The notes beneath the pieces are model-generated. The model saw only the letters and a list, made by a program, of their open reading frames with translations. It was not told where the DNA came from and made no database searches. Shown one piece after another: positions 28,236 to 56,234 of a DNA stretch of 64,000 nt (position 1 is its first letter; each line of letters starts with the position of its first letter). Source of the DNA: Chrysomallon squamiferum (taxonomy: Eukaryota; Animalia; Mollusca); the NCBI GenBank assembly GCA_012295275.1, contig CM022672.1, positions 10,602,001 to 10,666,000 of the forward strand, read 5' to 3'. The translations under genes and the position numbers were made by a program.

Positions 28236-29870
28236 GCAATAATAATAATAATAATAATAATAGCAATAATAATAAACACAAAAATGTATGGATCAAAATA
28301 CAAAGATATCAGAGACAGAGAAAACATTATTTTTCTGCTTTCTGTAAATTCAGCCCATTTACATATATCAGTATGAAATATTTACATATATACATAGATG
28401 CATATGCAGACACATATATAATATTGAATATAGCATAACATAACATAATGTAATATAATATAATATAATATATAACGTAACATAATATTGCACTGCATTT
28501 TATAATATAATAACAAATGCAAAGAATAAACAAAATTCAGCCTATGAACCAGTGAAAGAAGCACGTGTTTTATCATCAACACAACAGTTAAATATGGTGG
28601 AATATATTTGTACTTACAGTGTGCTCGTAGAAGGAAGATCTAACGTTTTAAGGTTTAGCGTGTTGGAAGTAACTAAACAGAAGCAGATCGATTTTTCGCC
28701 ACCAGTTTGCACATCACGAATCACAAAAAAAACAACAGACCCAACAACAAACAAACAACCCTCTGAGGTCTGAAGAACTATTACAGTGTAATCGTTAATG
28801 TGTTGGAGGAGGATTATTGTAAGAAGAAGATGAAGAAGAAAAGCCAAGAGCTGTGACGTCACTTTACTGTTCGGTTTTTTTTTTTTTTTTTTTTCCTCCG
28901 GCATTATAACATAACTTATATACCCCCCCAAAATGAACATATATGCATACATACACTCGTAAATACATACATATATACGCATACACATACTTACATACGT
29001 ACATATAAAAATGTATCGGAAGAAAAACAAAAACAACAAAACAATAAATAAGTAAGTAAATAAGTAAATAAATAAATAATACTGAACTTTAACAGCTTAT
29101 ATCTCAAAAAGCACTTTTTGAAACCTTCTACAAGTTTACATGAATAAATACACTGGCCAAAATTCCAAAGTAGTACATATAGTAGTTTATACATGTATCA
29201 AAAAAAACACCCAACAAGATATCGAAAATTCCTTCTAGAAGCTATACTTAGATCTTGGTAGTTAATTGGTCTTGATTTGTTTATTATATTTTATTTTATT
29301 TCATTTTATTTTGTATTTATTTATTTATTTATTTACTTTATTATTTGTTAAATTTTATTTTATAACTTTTATTATTATTATTACTACTACTTTATTTATT
29401 TTTTTTTTATTTTTTTTTTATTTTTCGTTTTGTTCAAATACTTTCAATAAAATTTAACTTACTGATTGGTTGACTGACCCACCAACTCACTGACTGATTA
29501 ATTAATTAATTAATTCAGCTAATAATTTACATAAATATCCTTTGATAATCTAGTCGTGAGCGTGTGTTGGATCGAGAAATAACCTCCGAAACATGGTAAG
29601 GTCAATCGATCAGTCGACCCAGCAGTTCTCAGCTTCGTAGTGTAACCTTTGATATACAAGCAGTGGATATCGACACTCCATTGATGGCGGAATAAGATTG
29701 ATTATTCTAAGCGATTAGCTGTCAACCTTAATAAACCAAATATGATCAGCTGCTCATAAATCATGATGCATTATTGAAAGGAGTAGTTTTTTGTTTGCTC
29801 TTTTTAGAGTATTTATTTATTTATATATCGATATATATATATAGATAGATAGATAGATAGATAGATAGAA

Positions 29871-29912
<42 letters not shown>

Positions 29913-30700
29913 GAATAGATTATCCCAGCCAATGTATTGATTAATATTTATAAGTGATGTTGATCAAATTAACATAGTTATCTGATACTCTGAATTGTCG
30001 ACTTAAGTAATATCCCAAATTACTGGAATAAAAAATAGTGACAAAAATCTGACTGACGTTAAAAGGTTTTTTTTATAATAAGCTTGAAAGATTCATTCCG
30101 AATAATCGATATAATCAGCTCATTTATTTTCGTTCAGTTATTCCTTTCAAATAATCACGTGACAAGGTGACAACAAACTTAGGAATTTCTCAGTCTAGAA
30201 TTTTGTTTCACATTTCAAACTAGGTGTACATTTTATGTCAGTAATGAAATATATTTTAACTTTTGTTTAATATTAGCATGTATTTGAATGTACTGAATGT
30301 CTGCATATAATCGATCACCTTTCATCCGTCAAACATCACCTAATGTAGCTGAGAAGCCATTAGTTTTTTCCGTTACGTCACTATGATTTGTAAATGACTG
30401 AATTAGTCGTTTTCCAGTCAAAAGCATTTTCCTAATATCGTTGTTCCAGTTGCTGTGTACGTAAATTCATGTAATCAGTAACTGAATAAGAGAGAAGACA
30501 CGTTGCACTCGTTTTTATAATTAGCAGTAATGATCATAATGAAGCTCCATTTAGCTTTGTTATTCACTGAATTGTAATGTCAAAACAACGGAGGGCATAA
30601 TTATCACAGGTAAATCCGTCTACTCGCACATCTGATGAAAACTATTCCTACAATGCGTAGATGTTCACTTTTTGGTTTATCTGAAATCTGCTGTTAGTAT

Positions 30701-30967
<267 letters not shown>

Positions 30968-31054
30968 GTTCTCTTATCTGCTTTATAGTACATATGTATT
31001 ACAAGATTATGTTTCTGTCGGCAGTAACGAACAGACAACAGAACTAACAGTTGT

Positions 31055-37138
<6,084 letters not shown>

Positions 37139-38782
37139 TTCTCTGATAAAGGTTTTATATAAGTTTACTATGACACAGATATAACATGAACTCGGTTCAC
37201 AAGCAGGGCTTATCTGAAGAAAATTACGTCTGTTGTTTCACTTTCTTAATCTTTTTTTTTTTTTTTTTTTTTTTTTTTATCCCATTTTTCTTTGGCACAA
37301 ATATTTTATTCTCTTGCAAGTAAATTCACGAGAGTTCCTATTTGATGTGATTTATTAATACATAAGTGTAAACAAACAAATAAATAAAACAAGTAAATAA
37401 ATATAAACAAATAAAATAAAATAAATAAATAAATAAATAAATAAAAGAAGAAATTAAATGTAAACAAATAAAAGGAAATAAATAAATAAAAATATGCCTT
37501 TACATTAGACCTATTATGCATATTAATCAGTCACAACATTTTACAAATATCTTAAACTGATTCTACTATGGAACATACACTCCCTCAACCTGAATAGACT
37601 TTGTATCTCTGGTTGTATATTTTGCCGTTCTCCACGGCAGAACAGACTGAGTACGTTTGATTATGATTACACTTTCGTCAGTATAATTTAACCCTTTACC
37701 AGTGAAACACATAACTGCAGACGACTGACAATCATTAAAATTTTGTGAAACAAGGATAAATTATTTTATTATTGTTTTAATATCATTCATAATGAAAATA
37801 TAATATAGAAACCATTCTTATGTTGAACATAGTCTAATAAAAATAAAGAATAAATAAAAACAAAAATAATAACAAAAACAAAAAAAACAAAAAAAATATG
37901 TTCATACTGACAAAAAATAAATAAATAAAAAAATAAATAAATAAATAAACAAATAACTTTCAGTTAACTGTTCAGGTTTAGAGAAATGAATTGTTTTCCA
38001 AGTTTCAATAACTGAAAGTTCATGTATTAACAAAAGGAAGACGAGGGCTTTGATAAAAAACCAAACATTTGAAATTAAGACAAATAATTTAAGTATATTC
38101 AAATTAAAATTTTTAGTATTCATTTTTAAATACTTATGGAAAAGTATGATAAGATTATCATTATTCTCTGTAAAGTGAAATGTTTTGATGTATATTGTAT
38201 ATAATGGTTACTGATTCACAGACATAGAAAAAAAAAAAATAAAATAAAATAAAATAAGTAAGAAAATAAAACTGAACAGATAATATTTCAAATATTTTCA
38301 AAACAAAGTTTAAAAATTTCATTTCTGTATGTAAATTCTTCATGTGTTCCTTAAATGAAATGAAAAAAATAACAATAACAATAACAAATAGTACTAGTAA
38401 TGAAAAGAAAACAACTCAAATAACATTAAATTAACACATTTATTTTCATGTCTAAGTACTTAAAGTTTTCACAAAAAGGTATGGAACTAAGAACAAAATT
38501 AAATCTAAACTTGAAATTAATCCTTTAGTTTTATCTAAATACATAAAATATTTTTGTAATAATTTCATTTATAATTATCTTCTTCATCTTTCATTTTTAA
38601 TTTAAGAGACAAAAGTAAAATTTGGTAATACATAAGATATTAATAAGAAATTATAACAGTGAGGTAAAGAAATGTAAACATAAGCCAGTCATTTTACTGG
38701 TAATACTGTGTAATTCAGATCATTTAAAAACAAAAAAGTTTATTTTTCTTGGTTTTTTTGGTTTTTTATTTATATATATACA

Positions 38783-38833
<51 letters not shown>

Positions 38834-39709
38834 TAACAATAATAAATATCAAATTGCACAATGAATAAAAACATTTGGTCTAAAATCCAGGAATTCTACA
38901 CAGGAATTCAGAACAAAATGTTTTCATGTTTGCATTGTTTTAATGGTTTTAATGTCATAAGTATGTTTCAGTTATTACTATTGTCATTCTATTTAAACAA
39001 TATCATTACCATTTTCTTAGACTAAAATGTTCTTCAGAGAAACATTTATTGTTGTTTATCTTCATTCATACTATTGGCTTAAAACAGATCTGTTTATAAA
39101 ATTCTATACTCTTCATTATTAATATTTTTAATTAATTAATTTATTTATTAATTTTAAGCTTTTGACAGCCCCTAAATGAGAAACTAAATTATTTTTGATA
39201 GCAACTAATTGTTGATTTTTTCTTTTGCTTTGGTTTTGTGTGAAAATGTAACATTTATAATTAACATAAACAGTTTCAATTTAATTTATTCTTAGTGACA
39301 GCAAGAAGTGTCATTCACAAATTCACAGTCTAAAGAAATAATCTAAAACTCATGCTGAAATTATTTAACGTATCAATAGATACGATCTGTAGCTAAATAT
39401 AAAAGTAAATGCACTTAAGCTAGTTTGTGTGTGTGTGTGTATGTGTATCTGTGTCTATGTATGTATGTCTATATGTATGTCTCTGTATGTACGTATGTAT
39501 GTATGTGTGTATATTTGTGTGTTTGCCTATGTATGTTGTATGCATGAATGAATGTACATGTACATACACATACTCACACTTACAAATAAAATATAACTTA
39601 TTTTATAAACACACACACACACAAACAGATTAAAAGCAGCGAACAGTTCATCAGCTCATAATGCATATAACATGAATAAATAAAACTGAATCCTCTAACA
39701 AGTCCGTTT

Positions 39710-42700
39710 TCAACTGGGCAGGACAATCGTGCCTGAGCCTCCAATCCTCGGTTTTGAATGTTTCTCTGCGTGATATATTCTAGAGATCTGCATCAAGATA
39801 GGGCCAGTTTCCGAGTCGTTTAACCACTGGTTCGCAGACATTGGGTTTTCCAACATTTGCAGAAAAGCTAAAATGCATGGGGAAAAATAAAAAAATAAAA
39901 TAACAAGAAATGTGCATGTCTGTATGTGTGTGTACTTATGGGAGAGGGAGAGGGAGAGGGAGAATATGTGTGTCTGTTGTAATTCAATCATAAAATCATG
40001 CAAATTTAAGAAACTGCTAAGAAAATAAATTATTGTGATTTAATTTTTCTCAGTAACTACCAGACGGGCAAATGATATTAAATACCCAATACTGAAATTC
40101 ATAATTAAATTATCCACATGTGATCGCTAACTTCTACAATGTTTTTTTTTGTTATTTCTCTAAAGAGAAAGGATATCAAAACAGAACCTCTATGTCCTTT
40201 AATATTTAGTAAAGGCTGGTAACGGGAAAAACAAACATGATTCTCACTATCAAATATATACATTTTAATTTATTATGTGTTCATGTTACAGAAAGAATAT
40301 TTATCTTATTAAAGAAAATATCGACACTGGGACTGTTGAATGGAAGACTAGGTTTACCTAGCAAACATCTTGGGTTGTTTAGACCCAGCTGGACGACTGG
40401 GTTCAACATGATGGCCTTGTACACTGGGCTCTCTGGATCTAAGCCTTCATCAACAGTCTCTGGTTTTGTTTGCCTGTCTCCTAGCAACCATTCACACTGA
40501 AAAATGCCATGTAAAACAACAGTAATAATAAAAAAAAGAACTGATTATGGAAAGATATTGTACCAGCGCCATAAATATTACAAAGTAAGATATAAAAATA
40601 ACAATAAAAGATTTAGAATTAGTACAATTACAAAATATCTAAATAACAACATATGTATGTCAAGGAGAAATTTGTATCTGAATAATGAAGGCAGTTAATG
40701 AAAAACTTGTAGCAAAATGCAAAGATGTTAAGGGAAGTAACTGTGTACTGACTGAACAAAAGAAATATGGGCAATGTCACTGATATAACTCATATAATAA
40801 TTATACTACATTATTTTTTCTAAAATCTGACATTTTATGACAGGTTATAATAAAATGAGATAATATTTTAAGAAATAGAATATTTTTAGAATCATGTGAA
40901 ATCAGATTATTCAACAAAATACAAAAAAAAATCAATTACATATTATTTTATGATGAAACTAAGAAAACATTTATATCTGTCCACAGTTTAGAATCATTAA
41001 TAAGAACATCATAACAGTTGCTAAATGATATCTACAGTAACATATTTTTCTCTATTAAAGGAAAATCTCTTACTGCAGCATCTTGATCATTTCTGGCCAC
41101 TTTGAGTGCATCAACTGATTCTTGCTCTGAAAACCCCATTTCCAACAGTTTCTGCAATGCCTGCATACAATAATAACAACAACAATAATTAAAAAGTTTA
41201 AAATTTTAAAATTTCAAATTCTTATATACTGTATATATTATGCTACTGCTATTTTTTTTATCTTTTCAAAGGTGTCTGTTTCTAAAAGACTGGCTGGTAA
41301 AAAAAATATAAAAACCCATCACATGATTCCAGCTGGATTCTTATGTGTACAGTCTATATCTTTATAGCTGACTAAATTATTGCCGAGTGCATTTTTAAAT
41401 AAAAAATGTCTATATATTCACCAAACCATAAAGGTGCTTATTTCTCTTCATAACAATAAACCTCGAACTATTAGGAATTATTCAGTTATATTTTGAATTA
41501 AAATAAAAATTACGGATCGTAAGCTGTGATTTAAAATAATGAGAGAACTTACACGTGGGTTGGGTCGATGTTCTCTCTTGCGGAAGGCTCTGATGAGAAT
41601 GTTCGATGTTCTCAAAGTGTCACTGCCACCATCAGAACCTCCAACAGCACCTTGAGGCTGTAAAGTACAGAGAAAAACATACAGAACACTTACAAAATAG
41701 ATATGTGGACAAGGACAAATATATTAATTCAAAAAAAAAAAATATATAAAAAATAATATAACAATTATCTTAACAACAGCAACAACAATAATTGTAATAT
41801 TTGAAAAAATAAATAAAGATAAAAACACATATAAAAACAGACATATTTGTCCTAATTTCATATGAATAATCCATACGTAACACACACACCTGTCTGCAAA
41901 CATGCAAGTAGGTATTATTAATCCGCTCTTAATCAGCTGCATTATTTAGTCACTCAAATTCCAACAGAATTTATGAAATATTACTTTTATTTTGACTAGC
42001 ATTATGTGCCAGATAAAACATCAGATTTTAATTCAGTAATACTAAAGTGTGTTCTCTGAAGAACATAAACTGATATTTTAATAACGTAGATATTTGAGTT
42101 CGGACTGTGAGAGATAAATATTCGCACCTCTTCTTGTGATGTTGAAGGTTTTTCTTCCATTCCTGCTAGTGGTACATCGATGTCTTCATCCTTCTCGTGC
42201 TGAAACAACCAATCAGTGGCTTGTGCTACTGACATCCTGCAAGTCCACAAAAATGTGTATTTGAACAATAAACTAACTTCAACTTTCCAAATTAATGTTT
42301 TTCTCACATATTATGGTTTTATTTACCCAAAATAATGTTTTATTTCACATATTATAATTTAGATCATCCAATTTTTTTTTTTTTTTTTTTTTTCACATAT
42401 TATAACTTTAATCATTTAAAACAAAAGTTTCTCTCACATAACTTTAATCATTCAAAAATTTCATTTCTTTTTAGATTCATAAATACATTTCAGTATATAA
42501 ACAATCCTTTACTTTTGTCTATAAAAATATGATGAACATATTATCAATCTTTTCAAACATTTATTTAATTTTAAAATACATTTGGATTTTATTACAAGAA
42601 TTTACTGTGATGAGATTAAAGTACATTTTGCGTACAAAGCAAGATCTTCTTCCTCTGAAGTACTATTCCTTCCCTATCCTATGTCAGAGGATAAACATTT

Positions 42701-45002
42701 TATAACAATGTAAATCTTATCTGTCAAATGAAGATATGTTATGACAAGACTGTGAAATCACAGCTTCTGCTAAATATGAGCAGTGAAAAGTTCAGTACTT
42801 ACTTGTTCAAGATTAATGCTTTGGTGGCTCTGCTTTCAGGAAATCCCATGTCAGTCAGCTGTTTCAGAGTGCTCGCATCAACTAACGGCGTTTGAGAAGG
42901 CTCGTTCAGGATCTCTGAAAACAATCAGAGACAGAAAATGAAAAAAATAACCCACTGAAACCACAGCTGAATAATCAGAAGGAAACAAACCTTCCAGTGA
43001 CCACAGCCAGACAGTCAGTAACAAAGAAGCACAACAGATTATTCTGACACCCCCAGGACAGATTAGCAGAAAAATTTCCAACATACATGTGTTGAGTTTT
43101 TTCATGTTTACTGTCATAATGTTTGACATATAAACATCTTATGAAACAGTTACCTAAAGGATCTTTGAAACCATTAAAAAAAAAAAATACTAACATGATA
43201 GACACACTGAAATGTTAAATATAAAAATCTAATAAACTCTGTTTAGTGATAAAATTATTGAAAAGATCATTTACCTTCAGCCTGCTTGAACACTTTGGCT
43301 GCAGCAGGATTGAGACAAAGCAACCTTTGTGATGCTTCAATTAACGAAATCAGAATTCGTCGCAGTTCTGTTTGAAACTAGAAGGAAGAAACGTTTCATT
43401 TAATCAATGGAAATGTGATGTTCATATCTATGTTAATGGTGACATATTTAATAACTAAAAGCACTGCAACAAGTGTTCTTTATATATATATATATATAAA
43501 ATAATCATACATATATGTATCTCATACCATTTTATGTCATACCAGTAGGCATAATGATAAGGACTGATCGAGCAAACTCTAATGCTTCACCCATAGTTGC
43601 TTCTGTTACAGAATTTTAAAAGGTCAAATCAAATTGTGATATTTATCAATTTTTGTTTATTAAAATAGAAAAACTGGACACAAAATAAAATATGCTGTTT
43701 TTGTGAGGTAAAAATTGTGACATTTGAAAAGAACTCACATCAACACTAGGGTCACTGTCATCATCAGTAGAAACACTCTGCGACTTGGGCACATCAGCAG
43801 TCATCTTTCTGATTGTCTCCATGTCAGGACCTTTCCTGTCCTGTGAAATATAAATAAAAATTTAAACTAAAGTTGAGAAATTAATTCTGAAGAAAGATTA
43901 GCATCATCTTTGTGATATAAAAAAAACAAGATGAAATATGTTGCCATACAAAGGAAATTTTTTAATCACTCACAAATTAAGAGGCTATGATTATGAATGT
44001 TTTCTACTTATTTGTTATTATTTTTAATTTAACTCAAGAATAATTATAAAACTAAGTGTTTTTTATATATAATTATTATTATTATTTTGTTTTTTAATCA
44101 GAAGTTTTGAAAGAAGATGGCAATATGCTAAATAATTTTGAAGTAAATGCATACATTCTTTAAAAAGAATTGGTATTTATCATACTTACAGAGCATCCTC
44201 CTTTATCACTAGTATCAGATGATGATGGTGACAGCCTTCGTTTCAGTAGAAGTAGTTCATCTAGAAAAAGAGAAAGTCATTTTGAAAAAAAAAAAAAAAA
44301 AATGAAATTAATTTATAAACCAGTGATTCTATATATAACATAGTATATTCATTATTGTATTATCAACATTAGGAATGTTAATATATCTGTATCTTTATTT
44401 AATAATAATAATAATAATAATGATGATGAAAAACCACTATTTCATAGTTTGCTAAAGTGAACCAACATGATAAAAAAATAATTCATTTTTTTTTAATTAT
44501 CACTGGCACATTAAAAATATATTTCTTGAACAAAGAAGGTAAATTTATATAATTATTCATACCAATATTGCATTTACAATTATATGTAAAGAATAATGTA
44601 TACTATAAGTATAATTAAGTATAAATTATTATAATTTATTTCTATGATTTGAACTGCATTAAATTCAATAAATGTGATAAAAAGAAATTTGAAGTGAAAG
44701 CAAGTGGTCTATAATAATAATTATATTCATGCTTCGAAAATCTCACCGTTATCTTTAATGCCAACTTGAACGACAGTCGATTCTTCATCCAGCAGTTTCC
44801 CTGATCTGACCAAAACGAGTTTATGGTAGACTGAACTTTTCATACTTTCAGCCGGCAAATAAAAATAACCAAGAGACATAATTTTCACTTTGTCAACTGT
44901 CATGTCTGGGTGAAGTTCGACTATGTAGTCCTTTCCGTCTACATTTGTAATTCTCACCTTCATGTTTGAAGGGGGAAAGAGGCAGGAATCTGTCACAACC
45001 AT
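39710..45002 (-). CDS. UBAC1: Ubiquitin-associated domain-containing protein 1 (KPC2), 413 aa, 10 coding exons
   Basis: Exons 45002-44747, 44260-44190, 43840-43739, 43377-43275, 42914-42803, 42236-42128, 41657-41553, 41160-41074, 40496-40358, 39867-39710 (1242 nt, open). UBL domain, [18 protein letters not shown]1 ([15 protein letters not shown]), UBA2 ([16 protein letters not shown]), and STI1-like [28 protein letters not shown]. Confidence 0.96.
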
Positions 45003-45564
45003 TTAGACAAAGCAAGGTATTTTAGATAAGAAAACAAATGGCATAGGCATTTGTTTAATAGAATCTGATAATGTAATATCGTTGAAGAGGACAAAAAGTT
45101 TCAGTACATCAAGAAAGATAACTCTGATAATTTCGACTGGTAATATTATTGAAAGTTGGTATCCGTAGATAATTCCGCATGATTTTAATATAATAATACA
45201 AAAACTCACACCTACCGTACAAGTTATATACATATATTAGTTTTACAAACATAAATAATACTGTGATTACAAACATTTCAGTGTTTTAAAGTGATTGTCT
45301 TTTTTTGGGGTAGTTAAAATTTTAGGTTCTAGAATAATTTAGAAAAAATAAATAAATTTTAATATTGAAATATAATTATATAAATAATAATTATTATAAT
45401 CATATTGTTTAATAAATTAAAGTTCTCTTTTACAAAATAATTTATGTATACGCATTCATTCAGTGATATTCCCTGCATTTATTTTGTAAAAAAAAATTTT
45501 AATAGTTTATTTATTTTACGCAAAGATTGTGTCATTTCAGTATCCTATCGATAAAATTGTTTCA

Positions 45565-45790
45565 CCTGTATAAAAAGATGACGGTGACAGACTTTGTTTC
45601 AGTAGAAGATCATCGAGAAAGAAAGAGCCATAACGAAAAAAAAGATAAAAAAAAGATTTTTTAAAAATTAAATTAAATTAAATTTATAAATCAGTGATTC
45701 TGTATAGATACTGTATTATTAAATAATAATAATAATAACAACAACAATAATAATAATAATAATAATTTTAAAAAAAACCTGTTTCATATA
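45565..45790 (-). pseudogene. Decayed duplicate of part of UBAC1 exon 2 plus adjacent intron
   Basis: GATGACGGTGACAGACTTTGTTTCAGTAGAAG..TCATCGAGAAAG..AATTTATAAATCAGTGATTCT aligns with 44221-44330 (GATGATGGTGACAGCCTTCGTTTCAGTAGAAG..TCATCTAGAAAAAG..AATTTATAAACCAGTGATTCT). Confidence 0.75.
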
Positions 45791-46130
45791 TATATATATA
45801 TATATGTTGTCATCAAGTTGACATGACTTACAAGAGCAAAATAACAAGAAAAAACACCTTTAATTCGTATGTTAAAATGTTTAATTTGTAAATAACAATA
45901 ATTACAGAGATATATGGCTTTATTAAGACTGAGGTATTATTTAACAAATTATTCGACGAAACTTCTATGTCTGGACAACACTGACTGAAAAAAAAAAAAA
46001 AAAAAAAAACATTACGAATTCAGTAATAACAACAGAAAGCAATCAACAAATAAGAACTTGAATGACACACACACACACACACACAAAAAAATAACAATAA
46101 TAAAATAAAATAAAATCACTCTTACACACA

Positions 46131-47637
<1,507 letters not shown>

Positions 47638-47959
47638 GCTGGGGCGTTGGCTAATTGATGATGACTGACTTTTATAATTCTTATCAAGAGCATTTGGATA
47701 TTTCTTTAAATACGTTCTGACCAGACAATAATTGCCTTGGGATGTATGTGAACACAAGTTTTCTCACAGGTTTATCTGTTTGTCCAAAGCCGAGGCCCAA
47801 GGCATGGGATTCTCACTGAAATCTATTACAGAAGTTGTTTTCTTCATATTTACGTTTAAAACTATTTTCCCACAATAATTACTACGGTGTAACCATAAAT
47901 GAGGGTATCAACATGCTCAAACTATTGTCTTCTCCTACTTTCGTCAAAAAGGTTACAGT

Positions 47960-48080
<121 letters not shown>

Positions 48081-48446
48081 CTACTAGTACATCTAACCTT
48101 TCTTTTTTTTGTCTCTCTTCTTTTTTCTCTCCTTCTTTCTCTGATTTTCTCTCTCACTCTCTTTCATTCTCTCTCTCCTTTTCTTTGCTTCTTTCTCTCT
48201 CTCTCTTTATTTATCATGTTGTCCTGCTTTCATACAAACATAAGTATTTACTATAATATCGATACATTCTGGAGTTTATACTATAGTTTTACATGAATAA
48301 GAGATGATAAAGATATACAAGATATCACATTAAATAAAAAAAAAACAGATCAGAGCAGGAGGGGAGGGCTATATTAGCTGGTTTCCACAGCCGATGGTGA
48401 AGATAAAGGGGGATATTATTAATGTTCTAATTATTATTATTATTAA

Positions 48447-48502
<56 letters not shown>

Positions 48503-48550
48503 TGTTCTTTTCTGTTATTTTATAAGTACGTTGTACATTATATATATATT

Positions 48551-48652
<102 letters not shown>

Positions 48653-49064
48653 CAGAAGCCCACACACAGATACCACATGTATATGTAGATACCCACAATA
48701 AGTCATATAATACATGTATGCATTTAGCAGTTTACAAAAATACTTAATAAACAGTATGAAAAAAAAGGTTCAACATTTCTTTTCTGGCCCGACTCTAATT
48801 ACCAGCTTTGCACGGGCCTGATTATAACACCCGTTCACCCCCACCAAATACACCAGTGTTAGAGCACAGATACGCTATTGACAGTTCGTCGTATGTAAAC
48901 ATTTAAGTCGTACAAATTCCACCTGCTGTGCATTAGTGTGGTTAACTGCAATGTTGTATTAAATACGTACTTCATTTAACAACAATCAAACCATGGCTTG
49001 TATTTAACGGTAATCCTTCTTTCCGCTTGGAAAGAAAACCCCCCTTGGATACGAAAACTGACTA

Positions 49065-49151
49065 CATTCAAACAACATGGCGACCATCGTTAAGTGAGCA
49101 GGTTTTTTCTATAGACTCAACGAAAGACTCGGAAATATTGGTTAGACAAAG
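49065..49151 (+). promoter_or_regulatory. Candidate TSS and non-coding first exon, possibly of the STPG3-like gene
   Basis: YY1-like CAACATGGCG at 49073-49082, donor AAG|GTAGGT after 49151; the next recognised + strand acceptor is at 51900. Confidence 0.35.
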
Positions 49152-49883
49152 GTAGGTGAATGAAACCTTAAATATCTGTACGATTGTTTTAATACATGTA
49201 TTTTCAAAACCAACGGTTTGATGCGACATAATGTTTATGTGCAATGCGATATAGCGACTCGATAATTAAACTGCCAAATGTTAACATTCAAAGGTTTTCA
49301 GCTTAGACTGGTGTATAGTGAAGTAATATACGTTTGTGAATTCTCTTAGCGAGAAATTGAATTAAATTAAATAAACAAAAAGAGATTGCTAGAAACTACA
49401 GAATAAAATATCGACAAACAGTTGTGTTAGAATTCTTCTATTTGATATTGTTGTTGTCGTAGTCAGTGTTGTAGTCCTCCTTCCTTCATGTCTTCTTTTC
49501 TTTATAAATATTACTTTTTAGGAAACAAATAAACAAATAAGTATAAGCCTAATGATAGGTTTTTTCAATATATTTGTATGATCTTTCCGGTTTAAGGGAA
49601 GGTATATGTAAAATTATTTTGCCGCTAATGGCTAGGAGTGACCCTTTATTTCGACGATAATGTTTTTCCAGTTTCCCTTTGAAATATACTAATTAAAAGG
49701 TAACATGGTTTTAATACACAAATGTAAACATGATGTACACTTGTGGTTAGTTTATTTAATTTTGCATTGTTTTCTCTCCGTTCAGAGCTCGTAGCTCATA
49801 GGTTCAAATCCTTGAATAAGCTGTTGTAAAATCCTGTGTGGATCTTTGTTTGTGTGTGTGTTTATTTATTGATGTGTCTGAAT

Positions 49884-49959
<76 letters not shown>

Positions 49960-51083
49960 GTTTACGAAAAATAATACAAAATAAAATAAATATAAATAAT
50001 AAATAAATAAATATTGAATAATAGTAGTAGTAGTAGTAACAGTAGCAACAGTAATAATAGTAGTAGTAGTAATAATGGTAGCAGTAACAGTGTTAGACTA
50101 GCAGTAGTGGTAGTGGGAATAGTAGTAATAGTAATAGTACTAGTAGCAGCAGAAACATTATTAGTAGTAAATAAGCTAGATAATTTGTTTTTGTTTGAGA
50201 TCAGTATACCTACGACTAAATTATATTCGAAGAAAACTATAAAAATTAACGAAATACATTAAATCAACAAAATAACTCTCTCTCTCTCTCTCTCTTATAA
50301 CTCTACATACAAGTTAGCACAATAGTTTATTCATACTATATCTTCGTTCATTTCATATTCGGGAGTTGTTGATGACATATCAACGTACATCTAGATATAT
50401 AATGTCGATTTCACTTATCACCTACGATAACAACAAGTGTACGTACACGCTGATAACGATATCAAATTTACCTTGGGCACAAACGAAAGCCAGCCTTTTT
50501 TTTCCTGGGTTCCATTTAACAGTAAAATAGATCTGTCAGAGGCTTGTTATTAAAGAGAAACAAACTGTAACATTTCTATGCTGAGATCATTGTGTCTGTA
50601 TTCAACAGTGCCAAACCAGAGCGGTGCAATAAACGAGTAAATAATGAAATGGCGAACAAAAAGTTTCGAAAGATCGTGTAGTATGAGGGTGTTTATTGTA
50701 CATTATTAATAGCTGCGCTTATGAAGAGGAATAATACAACAAACAGTGTGTAAAAGTTCGCGAGCGTGACTGACTTCCTAGACTGCATGGCTTTTACACA
50801 GCTTAGCACTGGGTCGTGAAGTGTGCAACAGTTCAGAGTATTCCTAGCTCGTTCGGTTGTCCCTCAGTATTTGTGTATGTAGGGACTTATTTAATTACTG
50901 ACTTATTAAAAAATTTGATTTGTTATTTCTTTGTTTACTTATTTGTTTGTTGTGCATTTGTGTAGGAGATAGAAAGCGAGACGCAGAAGCACAGAAAGAG
51001 TAAGAGAGTGTAATTAGAGATAGAGATGGCGAATAGTGTAAAAGAAAGAGAGTAGATACAGACATACATAGATAGATAGATAA

Positions 51084-51141
<58 letters not shown>

Positions 51142-51179
51142 TTAGACAGGTGACCAGAGTGCAGAGAGAGAGAGAGAGC

Positions 51180-51275
<96 letters not shown>

Positions 51276-51844
51276 GAGACAGACCCAGAGAAGGAGAGGG
51301 AGAGAACAGAGACCGAGATAGAGACAGAGAGAGGGAATCATTCATGTGTGAAATATGAAATCTATCCACGGAGTGTTGTCACAGTCTTAACCCCTTACTA
51401 CAGTCATTATTTCCATTAGCTCTCGTAGCCGCTCTAAACAAACCCAGATCTGTTTATCAGTGCTATCTGTCACGCTCTTGAAACGTGAAGCAAAGACGAC
51501 AGAGGACAATAAAGCAGGTTTTGTTAACGACTGTATGCTGTGCGTGTGACTGATCACCTTGTAACTTAACCCAGCTGAATGAAATAACAGTCAGCTGTAC
51601 GTCTTTGAATGCGAACGTAATCTCTGCTGATAAGTATTTTTAGTACAGTTCCATTAGGTTATAGTACGACTTTTAGAAACCGTGTAGAAAGAAATAAACA
51701 CACAGACACACACCTCTACAATTATTGTTGTTGTTGCTGTTGCTGCTTCTGCTGTTATTACTACTGCTACAACCACTACTTCTGCTACTACTGTTAATAA
51801 TAACAATAACAACAATAATAACAATGATGATGATGATGAAATTG

Positions 51845-51886
<42 letters not shown>

Positions 51887-51932
51887 GTACTTCTTTTCAG
51901 GGCAAGCCATAAGCAAAAGAGAGTGTCATGCT

Positions 51933-56234
<4,302 letters not shown>

